Shown: positions 1 to 9,112 of the stretch, one piece after another
Numbering within the stretch: the first letter of the stretch is position 1
Layout of the letters: each line of letters opens with the position of its first letter
From: Deferribacterales bacterium
GTDB taxonomy: Bacteria; Chrysiogenota; Deferribacteres; Deferribacterales; Geovibrionaceae
Assembly: GCA_050251875.1 (NCBI GenBank)
Contig: JBFWMA010000004.1
Span: forward strand, 32,001-96,000
Length of the DNA stretch: 64,000 nt
Direction of reading: 5' to 3'
The notes under the pieces: model-generated
Databases searched by the model: none
Seen by the model: the letters and a program-made list of their open reading frames with translations, nothing else
What the model was told of the DNA's origin: nothing
Position numbers and translations under genes: made by a program

Positions 1-412
1 AATAGTCTTTGTCCTTGCGTGCGGAGATGGAAGAGATATCCTGAGTGACATCAACCTCTTTACCGCCGATGGCGAGCTGTTTCTTGCCGCTTCCCGCTTT
101 GCCGTATACGGCGAGGCTTCTAACCTTGTTCTCAAGCTCAGAGACGGAAGCGAGCTTGTCGTTTATAACGACCAGCTGGTTTTCGTATCCGTTTATCTGC
201 TTTTTAAGTTTGATGTTTTCTGTTTTATAGGTGATGAGAACTTGCTTTTCTTTGTAAAGGTTGGAAAGGTAATAAAATCCTGCCGAAGAGGCTGCGACGT
301 AGAGAAAAACAGCGGCGAGAAAGACAGTTATGAACGTGCTGCTGATCTTTCTGGTCTTGACATCTCCGAGACGGGACTCGTCGAAGATCATGACCGTGAA
401 CTTCTTCTTCAT
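1..412 (-). CDS. Partial CDS (N-terminus only); probable M23-family peptidase or coiled-coil membrane-anchored protein
   Basis: Not in ORF track because it runs off the window. ATG at 412 with AGGAGG RBS; MKKKFTVMIFDESRLGDVKTRKISSTF, then a TM helix and coiled coil. Typical M23 N-terminus; catalytic domain not visible. Confidence 0.6.
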   Translation of the reverse strand, partial: MKKKFTVMIFDESRLGDVKTRKISSTFITVFLAAVFLYVAASSAGFYYLSNLYKEKQVLITYKTENIKLKKQINGYENQLVVINDKLASVSELENKVRSLAVYGKAGSGKKQLAIGGKEVDVTQDISSISARKDKDY

Positions 413-528
413 TACGCCTCCTGTGAAAATATTTTGTAAAGTATATTACAATCTGCCGATAATATCAAGATATTACTAGTGTTATCGGCAGAGCGGCTAT
501 GTGCTTGTCTTTATTAACCTATCGGTCG

Positions 529-2235
529 TTATAAAAGAGAATCCAGTATTTTTTTGACAGCTTCCGCGCAATCGGGCAGCGGCACTTCTGTTGTTTCTCC
601 TGTTTTTCTCACTGTTACCTCGGCGCATCCCTTCTCCAGAGTCTTTTTGCCCAGAGTTATTCTGACGGGAATACCGATAAGTTCGGCATCGGTAAACTTG
701 ACCCCGGCTCTCTCGTCTCTGTCGTCCAGCAGAGGCTCCATGCCCATATCCGACAGCATCTTATAAATAGCCTCGGCGTGGCGCATCACCTCTTCGTCCT
801 TCACGGCGAGAGGCACAACCACCGCCTTGAAAGGAGCGAGCTGAACGGGCCAGATGATGCCGTTTTCGTCATGGTTCTGTTCTATGGCGCTCGCCGCCAC
901 ACGGGTCACGCCTATGCCGTAGCATCCCATTATGAAGGGCTGGCGCTTGCCTTCGTTGTCCAGAAACATAGCGCTCATGGATGAGGAATATTTGGTGCCG
1001 AGTTTGAAGATGTGTCCTACTTCGATACCTTTGGTTATAACATATTTTCCGCCGCATTTGTGGCATGTGTCACCCTCTATGGCGTTGCGGAAATCGTCCA
1101 CATCGGCAAAGTCAAAATCCCTGCCGTGGTTTATGTTTATGGAGTGGGTTTCTTTCAGGTTGGCTCCCACGCAGTAGTTCACCATGGCGGTGACGGCGTA
1201 GTCGGCGTAAACGGGGACTTTGATCCCCACGGGACCGGAATATCCGGCGGGACCGCCTGTCGCCTCTTCTATGTTGTCATAGCTGGCGAGCTCCACTGTG
1301 GTCGCTTTGAAATAGTTTTTGACCTTCGCCTCGTTCATCTCGTGGTCGCCGCGAACCATTATGGCTACCAGCTTGTCGTCCACTCTGACTATCATGGTCT
1401 TGGCTATCTGCTCGGGTTTGATCTTCAGAAAGTCCGCCACGTCCTCGACAGATTTAGCGTTGGGGGTGTGTACGTCTTCAGCGGGTTTCATCTCTTCATC
1501 GGATTTTGTCCAGTTGTCCACGCAGATGGCTTTTTCCACGTTGGCGGAATAGTCGCATGAATCGCATGAGATAACGAAATCCTCGCCTGTGTCGGCGAGC
1601 ACCATGAATTCGTGGGAGAAAGAACCGCCGATGGAGCCTGTGTCGGCTTCCACCACTTTATATTTCAGACCGCATGATTCGAATATGCGGCAGTAGGCTT
1701 TATACATTTTTTCGTAGCTGATGTTGGCTCCGGCGTCATCCATGTCGAAGGAGTAGGCGTCTTTCATCATGAACTCGCGTCCTCTCATCAGACCGAATCT
1801 GGGGCGAACCTCGTCACGGAATTTTGTCTGGATCTGATAGAGGTTTATGGGCAGGTTTTTATAGCTGGAGATATAGCTGCGCACCACGTCTGTGATGACT
1901 TCCTCGTGGGTGGGTCCATAGCAGAAGTCTCTGTCGTGGCGGTCTCTGATGCGCAGAAGCTCCTTGCCGTAGTAATCCCAGCGTCCTGATTCCTTCCACA
2001 GCTCGGAAGGCTGGATGGACGGCATCAGCATCTCTATCGCCCCCGCCTCGTTCATGCACTTCCTGACGATGTTCTCCACCTTGCGGATCACCATCAGCCC
2101 CAGCGGGAGATAGTTGTATACTCCTGACGCCAGCTTTTTTATCATGCCCGCTCTAAGCATCAGCTTGTGGCTGATTACTTCCGCCTCCGCGGGGACTTCT
2201 CTCAGGGTGGGGATGAAAAAATTGCTGTATCTCAT
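529..2235 (-). CDS. proS: Prolyl-tRNA synthetase with editing insertion domain
   Basis: MRYSNFFIPTLRE start, QTKFRDEVRPRFGLMRGREF motif 2, GCYGIGVTR motif 3, anticodon-binding domain. Start overlaps mscS stop (TAATG). Confidence 0.97.
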   Translation of the reverse strand: MRYSNFFIPTLREVPAEAEVISHKLMLRAGMIKKLASGVYNYLPLGLMVIRKVENIVRKCMNEAGAIEMLMPSIQPSELWKESGRWDYYGKELLRIRDRHDRDFCYGPTHEEVITDVVRSYISSYKNLPINLYQIQTKFRDEVRPRFGLMRGREFMMKDAYSFDMDDAGANISYEKMYKAYCRIFESCGLKYKVVEADTGSIGGSFSHEFMVLADTGEDFVISCDSCDYSANVEKAICVDNWTKSDEEMKPAEDVHTPNAKSVEDVADFLKIKPEQIAKTMIVRVDDKLVAIMVRGDHEMNEAKVKNYFKATTVELASYDNIEEATGGPAGYSGPVGIKVPVYADYAVTAMVNYCVGANLKETHSININHGRDFDFADVDDFRNAIEGDTCHKCGGKYVITKGIEVGHIFKLGTKYSSSMSAMFLDNEGKRQPFIMGCYGIGVTRVAASAIEQNHDENGIIWPVQLAPFKAVVVPLAVKDEEVMRHAEAIYKMLSDMGMEPLLDDRDERAGVKFTDAELIGIPVRITLGKKTLEKGCAEVTVRKTGETTEVPLPDCAEAVKKILDSLL

Positions 2236-4025
2236 TATTGTTTCTCCTTGTTCTCTGTTATCAGCGTGTTTCTGAACCAAACATCCTGCTGAGGAAACGG
2301 AATCTCTATACCATGTTCTTTAAATTTTTGCCAGAGCGACTGTAAAAAAACATTCTTAACAGCCACCGTCTGAAAACCTTTAGAGGTGTCCAGCCAGAAG
2401 AGGACGAGGAAATTGACAGAGCTTTCGCCGTATTCCATAAACCAGACTTCCGGTTCCTTGTCTTTCAGAACGGAATCGCACTGGCGGATCGTTTCCAGCA
2501 TCAGCCTCTGAGCCAGCTCTATGTCGGATGAATATCCCACGCCTATGGGGATGCGCACCCTGATAAGGTTATCGTTTCTGGTGTAGTTGATGATCGTCTC
2601 TGAGATAAAGACCGAGTTGGGAACCATTATCTCGATATTGTCGAACGTTCTGACCGTGGTGGCAAACATGTCTATGGACGACACGGCGCCGAAAACGGTG
2701 TCGGATGTGACGCCTACTGCCCGTCCGGCGGTGCCGGGGAGCTCTACATAGTCGCCGATTTTAACTTTTTTCGAAAACAGCAGGATGAACCCGCTGATAT
2801 AGTTGTTAATGATAGTCTGGAGACCGAATCCCAGACCGATGCCCAGTGCGCCGGCTATGGGGACTACTATCTTCCATGTGATGCCTGTTACCAGCATGGT
2901 GATTATTATGATTATCAGTATGCCGATGTTGCTGAGCAGAACCTCCAGAGAACCGGAGTCAGACGTCTGCACTCCGCCGAAAACAGCCACCCGCAGATAT
3001 TTCGATGAGAGAAACAGCAGGCTCTTGAGCAGAATAAAGATCAGAACGGCAGAGAGAAGAGACGCCAGAGACAGCCTGAAAAGCTCTGAGTTTATCAGAT
3101 ATGTCTTTTTGAGCGTGTGCATCAGCTCGGCTATATCCAGAACATTGTACCCCAGAGAATAGAAGATGTATATGGACGCCGCCACCGCCAGCCGGATGAT
3201 GTTTTTCTTAATCAGCTCCCACTCGAACTGGGTGTAGTTCTCCTGAGTATAGATTTTCAGAGCGACTGAGTTGACATTGGAGCTGAGCTGCGACAGAAGA
3301 GCCGCCGCCAGAACCAGAAGCCCCGCCGTCATGATGAAACGGAAATCCAGCCTGAGAACATCCACCACCCACAGAAAAGATATCACTCCGAAAGCGGTTA
3401 TTAGAAAGCCGGGGGGGATTCTGAAAATCCCGGGGATGCGTCCTTTTTCCGCTATGTGCGCCATAAGTGCGGGGAGCATCTTTTTCAGGTAGATGTAGAA
3501 GCCCAGAGACAGAAACAGTCTGATGAGCCCGGACAGAAAATGCATGAAGGATTTCAGCCCGTGTTTATAATCCGCTCCGTAGAGCTTCAGCAGATCGTAA
3601 TAAACGGCGAGAAGCAGAGCGGCGAGGATGTACCACATCACGGTGGAATAGCATCTCTTGACGCTGATGTTCAGAAAGCGTGACGGAATCTTCAGTATGG
3701 CGCCCGCCAGCCAGTAAAAGGCAAAATAATTCAGCATCAGATACAGAGGATCCTGCTGTCTGGTGCGGATGGAGTAATAGCTGAAGATAACGAACATGAA
3801 TGGAAACAGCACATGAACGAAAATCTGCATCCTTTCGTTCACATGTTTTCTCGTCAGTTTCAGCTTATAGACGTTTATGATGATGTATCCGATGACAGCG
3901 CAAGCCAGAGTGAAAGCGAATATGGAAGGGTTTTCCGAGATATGCTGAACCAGTCTGGCGAGACAGACGGAAGAGGCGTCTGACAAGGTAGTTAAAAAAT
4001 CGCTCGTTTTGCTGCTGACGGACAT
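2235..4025 (-). CDS. Mechanosensitive channel, MscS family, with extended N-terminal TM region
   Basis: GALGIGLGFGLQTIINNYISGFILL, VPNS, IGVGYSSD and IEIPFPQQDV motifs. Confidence 0.9.
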   Translation of the reverse strand: MSVSSKTSDFLTTLSDASSVCLARLVQHISENPSIFAFTLACAVIGYIIINVYKLKLTRKHVNERMQIFVHVLFPFMFVIFSYYSIRTRQQDPLYLMLNYFAFYWLAGAILKIPSRFLNISVKRCYSTVMWYILAALLLAVYYDLLKLYGADYKHGLKSFMHFLSGLIRLFLSLGFYIYLKKMLPALMAHIAEKGRIPGIFRIPPGFLITAFGVISFLWVVDVLRLDFRFIMTAGLLVLAAALLSQLSSNVNSVALKIYTQENYTQFEWELIKKNIIRLAVAASIYIFYSLGYNVLDIAELMHTLKKTYLINSELFRLSLASLLSAVLIFILLKSLLFLSSKYLRVAVFGGVQTSDSGSLEVLLSNIGILIIIIITMLVTGITWKIVVPIAGALGIGLGFGLQTIINNYISGFILLFSKKVKIGDYVELPGTAGRAVGVTSDTVFGAVSSIDMFATTVRTFDNIEIMVPNSVFISETIINYTRNDNLIRVRIPIGVGYSSDIELAQRLMLETIRQCDSVLKDKEPEVWFMEYGESSVNFLVLFWLDTSKGFQTVAVKNVFLQSLWQKFKEHGIEIPFPQQDVWFRNTLITENKEKQ

Positions 4026-4169
4026 TTTGCACCCCTGATTACCTCTTAGATTATAAGGCGTTAATCCGTATCAGTAAACACTTATGTTGCGCAAAGTATT
4101 CGAGCATTTTCACTTTACGAACCATCAGATGTTTTGATAGAATCGATAGAGTCAAAGAGGAAATTCATT

Positions 4170-5840
4170 ATGTCTAAAAAAACCGTAGGTCAGCTTTTAA
4201 AAGATTACGGATACGTCACCGAGGAGCAGATTCAGGTCGCTCTGGAGGTGAAGAAGATCAGGGACAAACTGCTGGGCGAGATACTCATAGAACTCTCTTT
4301 TGTGTCGCCCAGAGAGATCGCCCTGGTCGTTGCCAAGCAGTCCGGAAAGGCGTACATAGACCTGAACGAACATCCGCCGTCACTGGACGCGCTGAAGCTG
4401 TTCGACAGAAGCATCGCAAAACAGCTGGAGATAATCCCTCTGGAGAACAGACCAGACAAGCTGATTGTCGCTGTTGCCGATCCATTCAACATCAATACTC
4501 TGGACATCCTCAAGCGTAAGGCGGGGAAAGAAGTAGAGATTTTTGTCGCCGATAAAGAGACCATCTTTAAAAATATAGAGATCAACTATTTCCTTCTGGA
4601 AAAACCCATCGATGAGGAGATAGCCAAAATAGTGTCCAAAGCGGTGAGGACGGGGAACCAGACAGAAATCCCCTATCTGCTGGAGCTGATAATCAACAGC
4701 GCCATCATATCCAGAGCCACGGATATTCACGTTTCGCCGGAGGACATCGGCACACACGTCTTTTACAGGGTGGACGGCATTCTGCGCCACTTCTATGTCT
4801 TTCCTAAGGAAATGCACTCTGTCATCACCTCCCGTGTGAAGATCATGTCCGGTATGGACATCGCCGAACAGCGTCTGCCTCAGGACGGCTCCATGACCCA
4901 CACTTTCTTCGATGAGTTTTTCGACATCAGGGTTTCCACCATCCCCACTGTATACGGCGAGGGAATGGTTATGAGGGTTCTGTCGAAGAACGTTTCGCTG
5001 TTCAACATGGACGGGCTGGGGTTCGAAAAACCCACACAGCACAGGCTGGAAAAACAGCTCTCCAGACCCCACGGAATCCTTCTGGTGACGGGTCCCACCG
5101 GATCCGGAAAGACCACCACGCTCTATGCCTCGCTCAGAAAGATCAACTCGCTTCAGAGAAAAGTTCTGACGGCGGAAGACCCTATAGAATATAAGTTTCC
5201 ATTCATAAAACAGACTCAGGTGAACGAAAAAGCGGGCTATACCTTTGCCCGTGCCATGAGAGCGTTTCTCAGACAGGATCCGGATGTTATCCTTCTGGGC
5301 GAGATGAGAGACGAGGAGACTTCCGAGATGGCTATGAGAGCCGCTATCACAGGTCACCTTGTGCTGTCCACACTGCACACCAACGATGCCGTGACAGCCA
5401 TTCCCCGTCTGCTGGAGATGAATATCAAAGACTATATGATAGCGTCCGGCGTGGGCGGGATACTGGCGCAGAGACTCGTCAGAAAGGTATGTATATTCTG
5501 CCGGAAAGAGGAGACCATCACCGGCGCGAAACTGCTGGGAATGGGTATTCCCGAAGACATGATGGCGAGAAACGGAATATCTTTCGACTCCGAGGTGAAA
5601 TATATGCGGGGTCACGGGTGCGAAATGTGCAAGAACACCGGCTATTCGGGGAGAGGCGTAATCAGCGAATTTCTGGAGATAGACGATGTTATAGGCGACC
5701 TGATAGTAAACGGGGCGTCTCCGCTGAAAATTTTCACCACGGCAGTGGAGAGGGGCATGATCCCCATACTCGAATCGGGGCTGATAAAAATGATGAACGG
5801 CGTCACCACTCCTGAGGAGATTCTGAGGGTTGCTCTTTAA
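4170..5840 (+). CDS. GspE/PilB-family secretion/pilus ATPase with MshEN-like N-terminus
   Basis: Walker A GPTGSGKTT, EDPIEY, LRQDPDVILLGEMRD, TGHLVLSTLHTN, CxxC...CxxC; tandem xGxLL motifs at the N-terminus. Confidence 0.93.
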   Translation: MSKKTVGQLLKDYGYVTEEQIQVALEVKKIRDKLLGEILIELSFVSPREIALVVAKQSGKAYIDLNEHPPSLDALKLFDRSIAKQLEIIPLENRPDKLIVAVADPFNINTLDILKRKAGKEVEIFVADKETIFKNIEINYFLLEKPIDEEIAKIVSKAVRTGNQTEIPYLLELIINSAIISRATDIHVSPEDIGTHVFYRVDGILRHFYVFPKEMHSVITSRVKIMSGMDIAEQRLPQDGSMTHTFFDEFFDIRVSTIPTVYGEGMVMRVLSKNVSLFNMDGLGFEKPTQHRLEKQLSRPHGILLVTGPTGSGKTTTLYASLRKINSLQRKVLTAEDPIEYKFPFIKQTQVNEKAGYTFARAMRAFLRQDPDVILLGEMRDEETSEMAMRAAITGHLVLSTLHTNDAVTAIPRLLEMNIKDYMIASGVGGILAQRLVRKVCIFCRKEETITGAKLLGMGIPEDMMARNGISFDSEVKYMRGHGCEMCKNTGYSGRGVISEFLEIDDVIGDLIVNGASPLKIFTTAVERGMIPILESGLIKMMNGVTTPEEILRVAL

Positions 5841-7048
5841 TGGATCTTTACAGGGTCAGGATACTCGAATCCACCGGAAACATAGTTAAAAAAAACATAG
5901 AGGTTGAGCCGGGCGAAGACATCACGGCTTATCTCACCAATATGGGCGTGAACGTTGTGGGAGTGGCGAAGGTTTCGCCCTTGTCACGGATTTTTAAACC
6001 CAGGAAGAAGATAAAGACGCAGGAGGTCATTGAGACCATAGACAACCTGCACATGATAGTGAAATCCGGTATGCCCATCACCACCGCTCTCGGCGATCTG
6101 GCGGAGGACGCAGACAACCCTGCCATGGGCGATATTCTGTCTGATATCAGCAGCCGTCTTCAGATGGGTATGACTTTTTCTAAAGCGATATCGAAATATA
6201 CTAATGTGTTTACCGATGTGGTGGTGAATCTGGTGCATATCGGCGAAGAGACAGGACAGCTCGACAATACGCTGAAAAGCGCCGCCCAGCATCTGAAAAA
6301 AATGTCCGACCTGAAATCAAAAACAAAATCGGCTCTGATATACCCGTCTTTTGCCTTTGTGGCTATGATGGCGGTTATGATCTTCTGGCTGGTGGTTGTA
6401 ATGCCGAAGATGATCGAGGCTTTCCAGTCTTTTAACATCACGCTTCCGCCCACCACCAGGTTTGTCATGTGGCTGTCGGCGTTTATGCAGAGCTATATTC
6501 TTTATATGATAGCGGGCGGCATCGCTCTTCTGGTGATCAACTCGGCTCTCAGGAAGAATGTTGAGAAATACAGATACAGCACGGATATGCTGATCCTGAA
6601 AACGCCCATTATCGGGCTGGTGACATCTAACTTTAACTTCGCCTTCATTGCGGAATACACCCGCCTTATGATATCCGCCGGTCTGCCTCTTTATACCGCT
6701 CTGAGCATTATGGAAGAGAGCATGACTAATGTCGTCTATAAAAAATCGATATTCAATACCAGAGACCTGATATCTTCAGGTACGTCATTCTCTCAGGCGC
6801 TTTCAGAGCAGAATCTCTATCCCAAGCTGGTAACCAGAATGATCGGGATAGGGGAACAGACGGGCAACCTGGACGGACAGCTTGGCAACGTTGCGGAGCA
6901 CTATTATTACAAGGTGGACATGCTGGCGACTAATATGTCAAAGATGATAGAGCCTGTGGTGATAGGCGTCATAGGCGTGTTCATGCTCGTTATCATGATA
7001 GGTCTGATGGGTCCCATATTCACACTGATCTCCAGTATGCCAACATAA
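5840..7048 (+). CDS. GspF/PilC-family inner-membrane platform protein
   Basis: Two T2SSF repeats (IGEETGQLD, IGEQTGNLD), ALIYP, IEP motifs; translationally coupled to the ATPase. Confidence 0.93.
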   Translation: MDLYRVRILESTGNIVKKNIEVEPGEDITAYLTNMGVNVVGVAKVSPLSRIFKPRKKIKTQEVIETIDNLHMIVKSGMPITTALGDLAEDADNPAMGDILSDISSRLQMGMTFSKAISKYTNVFTDVVVNLVHIGEETGQLDNTLKSAAQHLKKMSDLKSKTKSALIYPSFAFVAMMAVMIFWLVVVMPKMIEAFQSFNITLPPTTRFVMWLSAFMQSYILYMIAGGIALLVINSALRKNVEKYRYSTDMLILKTPIIGLVTSNFNFAFIAEYTRLMISAGLPLYTALSIMEESMTNVVYKKSIFNTRDLISSGTSFSQALSEQNLYPKLVTRMIGIGEQTGNLDGQLGNVAEHYYYKVDMLATNMSKMIEPVVIGVIGVFMLVIMIGLMGPIFTLISSMPT

Positions 7049-7368
7049 GTTTTGTCATTGCGAGCGCAGCGAAGTAATCTCATAAATCTGCCAGCTGATA
7101 AGCAGTATGAATCCTCAGTGGAAGGATTTATACGAAGAAATAAACAGGTGAGACTGCCGCGTCGCTGAAGCTCCTCGCAGTGACAGTAAGTTTTGTCATT
7201 GCGAGCGTAGCGAAGTAATCTCATAAATCTGCCAGCTGATAAACAGTATGAATCCTCAGTGGAAGGATTTATACGAAGAAATAAACAGGTGAGACTGCCG
7301 CATCGCTGAGGCTCCTCGCAGTGACGTTAAGTTTTGTCATTGCGAGCGCATATGCGCGTGGCAATCTC
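7046..7368 (+). repeat. Tandem array, 141-bp period (units start 7046, 7187, 7328), built from paired REP-like inverted repeats enclosing a copy of the GIY-YIG gene 3' end
   Basis: Left REP GTCATTGCGAG..AATCTC at 7054-7081, 7195-7222, 7336-7368. Right REP GAGACTGCCG..CTCGCAGTGAC at 7150-7184 and 7291-7325. 7095-7151 matches 7619-7675 at 56/57 nt. Confidence 0.95.
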
Positions 7369-7381
7369 ATAAGGTTAGCAA

Positions 7382-7675
7382 ATGCGAAAACACGGCTATA
7401 TCTACATCCTGACAAACAAATGGGGTACAACGCTGTATACTGGCGTTACCAGCGATATTGTTAAACGTGTATATCAGCATAAGGAAAAGATGTCCGAAGG
7501 GTTTAGTAAAGATTATAACTTAGATAAACTTGTGTATTATGAATTGTTTGATGATATCGAAGATGCTATTGCCCGTGAAAAGCAGATAAAAGCAGGAAGC
7601 AGAAAAAAGAAAATAGAACTGATAAGCAGTATGAATCCTCAGTGGAAGGATTTATACGAAGAAACAAACAGGTGA
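7382..7675 (+). CDS. Small stand-alone GIY-YIG nuclease family protein
   Basis: GYIYILTN...LYTGVTSDIVKRVYQHK...LVYYE...AIAREKQIK...NPQWKDL; 97 aa. Confidence 0.93.
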   Translation: MRKHGYIYILTNKWGTTLYTGVTSDIVKRVYQHKEKMSEGFSKDYNLDKLVYYELFDDIEDAIAREKQIKAGSRKKKIELISSMNPQWKDLYEETNR

Positions 7676-7708
7676 GACTGCCGCATCGCTGAAGCTCCTC
7701 GTAGTGAC
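7674..7708 (+). repeat. Right REP closing the GIY-YIG cassette
   Basis: GAGACTGCCGCATCGCTGAAGCTCCTCGTAGTGAC; overlaps the TGA stop. Confidence 0.92.
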
Positions 7709-7730
7709 AGTATGCATGTCAGAAATGCAA

Positions 7731-7822
7731 AACCACAGGATGTGGTTCGCGGAGCGTGAGTGAAGCGAGGATTTTCCGAGCGTAACGGTATCGGAAATTT
7801 TCCATGGACGGAAGAATTTCCG
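7731..7822 (+). repeat. Structured intergenic element with GGA-loop hairpins (second repeat family)
   Basis: AACCAC-AGGAT-GTGGTT; core CGGAGCGTGAGTGAAGC..GCGTAACGGT shared with 15815-15856; terminal hairpin with ATGGAC loop. Confidence 0.7.
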
Positions 7823-8563
7823 TTAAAAATTGATATCGCTGAGGAAAGGGAACCATCTGAAAAGATATATGCTGATTGTCTGAAGGCTGTCGGTAGCCAT
7901 CAGAAAACCTATGATTATCAGGAGTATTCCGGAGACTTTTTCCACTATCATCACTATCTTTCCGGCCTTGCGCACGGAGCTGAATACGAATCCAACAGCC
8001 ATAGCGGACAGCAGAAAAGGAATCCACAGACCGAATCCGAAAACAGAGAGCATCAGCATGCCCTGTCCCACTGTCTCCTCGGATGCCGCCATGGAGAGTA
8101 TCCCCGCCAGAATAGGTCCTATGCAGGGTGTCCAGCCGAAGACAAAAGCCACGCCCAGCAGAAACGCATTGATGAAAAACGGAGCGCCGGACTTGGCTGT
8201 GTAGTTCCATTTTTTATGGGACATCAGCTTTCTGATGTGGAAAACGCCGAGCATATGCAGACCGAGTATGATGATTACAATACCCGCAACCTTGCCTATA
8301 ATCAGCTTATAATCTTTAAGAAAAATACCTATCTTGGTGGCGCTGGCGCCCAGAAGCACAAAAACCAGCATGAAACCCAGACCGAAAAAAACAGCGCCGA
8401 GAAACACCTTCAGCTTGGCCGTCTTCTTGTCGCCGGATGCCAGTGTCTCTATGGATTCACCAGACATAAAAGAGAGGTATCCGGGCAGAAGCGGTAAAAC
8501 ACATGGTGATAAAAAAGAAAGTACGCCTGCAAGAAAGGCGGTGTAGTAAGATACATTGTCCAT
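7823..8563 (-). CDS. ccdA: Cytochrome c biogenesis protein CcdA (DsbD TM domain)
   Basis: SFLSPCVLPLLPGYL and GWTPCIGPIL motifs. Confidence 0.93.
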   Translation of the reverse strand: MDNVSYYTAFLAGVLSFLSPCVLPLLPGYLSFMSGESIETLASGDKKTAKLKVFLGAVFFGLGFMLVFVLLGASATKIGIFLKDYKLIIGKVAGIVIIILGLHMLGVFHIRKLMSHKKWNYTAKSGAPFFINAFLLGVAFVFGWTPCIGPILAGILSMAASEETVGQGMLMLSVFGFGLWIPFLLSAMAVGFVFSSVRKAGKIVMIVEKVSGILLIIIGFLMATDSLQTISIYLFRWFPFLSDINF

Positions 8564-8644
8564 TTACATTATTTATAAATTTTTTCTTGATAAAGCAATC
8601 AATATTTCACATCATAAGAAGAATAAAAATTATCAGAGGGAATA

Positions 8645-9055
8645 ATGAAGAAATCTTACAAGTTTATATTGGCGGGTGTGGTATTCGCCTGCGTGGTGGG
8701 TTATCTGTTTGTCACCAGCTTCAAGTCAGAGAGTGTGTATTATCTCGAAGTGTCTGAAGTGAAACAGAATCCCGAAAAATATAACGCCAAAGGAATGAGG
8801 GTCACAGGCGAGGTAATGCCCGAAGACCTGACTAAGGATTTCAAAAAACAGTATCTCGCTTTCACGATAAAAGATATAAAAGGAAGCGAAGACACAATGA
8901 ATGTTGTATACAACGGCATAATTCCCGATACATTCAAAGTAGGGATACATGTTATAGTGGAAGGTAAGTACGACACAGAGAACCATATATTCAAGGCGGC
9001 TTCGGTACTTACAAAATGTCCTTCAAAATATGAAGCGGACGTTGAACAAAAATAG
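8645..9055 (+). CDS. ccmE: Cytochrome c maturation heme chaperone CcmE (CxxxY variant)
   Basis: N-terminal TM, YNGIIPDTFK, C-terminal LTKCPSKY. Confidence 0.92.
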   Translation: MKKSYKFILAGVVFACVVGYLFVTSFKSESVYYLEVSEVKQNPEKYNAKGMRVTGEVMPEDLTKDFKKQYLAFTIKDIKGSEDTMNVVYNGIIPDTFKVGIHVIVEGKYDTENHIFKAASVLTKCPSKYEADVEQK

Positions 9056-9112
9056 ATTTTCACTGTCTTTATTGAAACAATTTTAGTATGATTTCGGTTT
9101 AAAGGGAGATTT

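Noticed and set aside
4380..5615. Long antisense ORFs (this one and e.g. 9506-10453, 18594-19565, 35278-36174)
   Set aside because: Shadow frames opposite well-supported genes, explained by codon bias; no motifs.
6907..7224. 105-aa minus-strand ORF with repeated MRLLRxARNDKTY
   Set aside because: Translation artefact of the REP array overlapping the pilC-like gene antisense.
7046..7368. CRISPR array
   Set aside because: The intervening segments are near-identical copies of the neighbouring gene end, the repeats alternate in orientation, and there are no cas genes in the window.
8587..8602. FNR box between ccdA and ccmE (TTGAT-AAAGCA-ATCAA)
   Set aside because: Half-sites are spaced by 6 nt rather than the canonical 4; it could bind another factor but this is unsupported.
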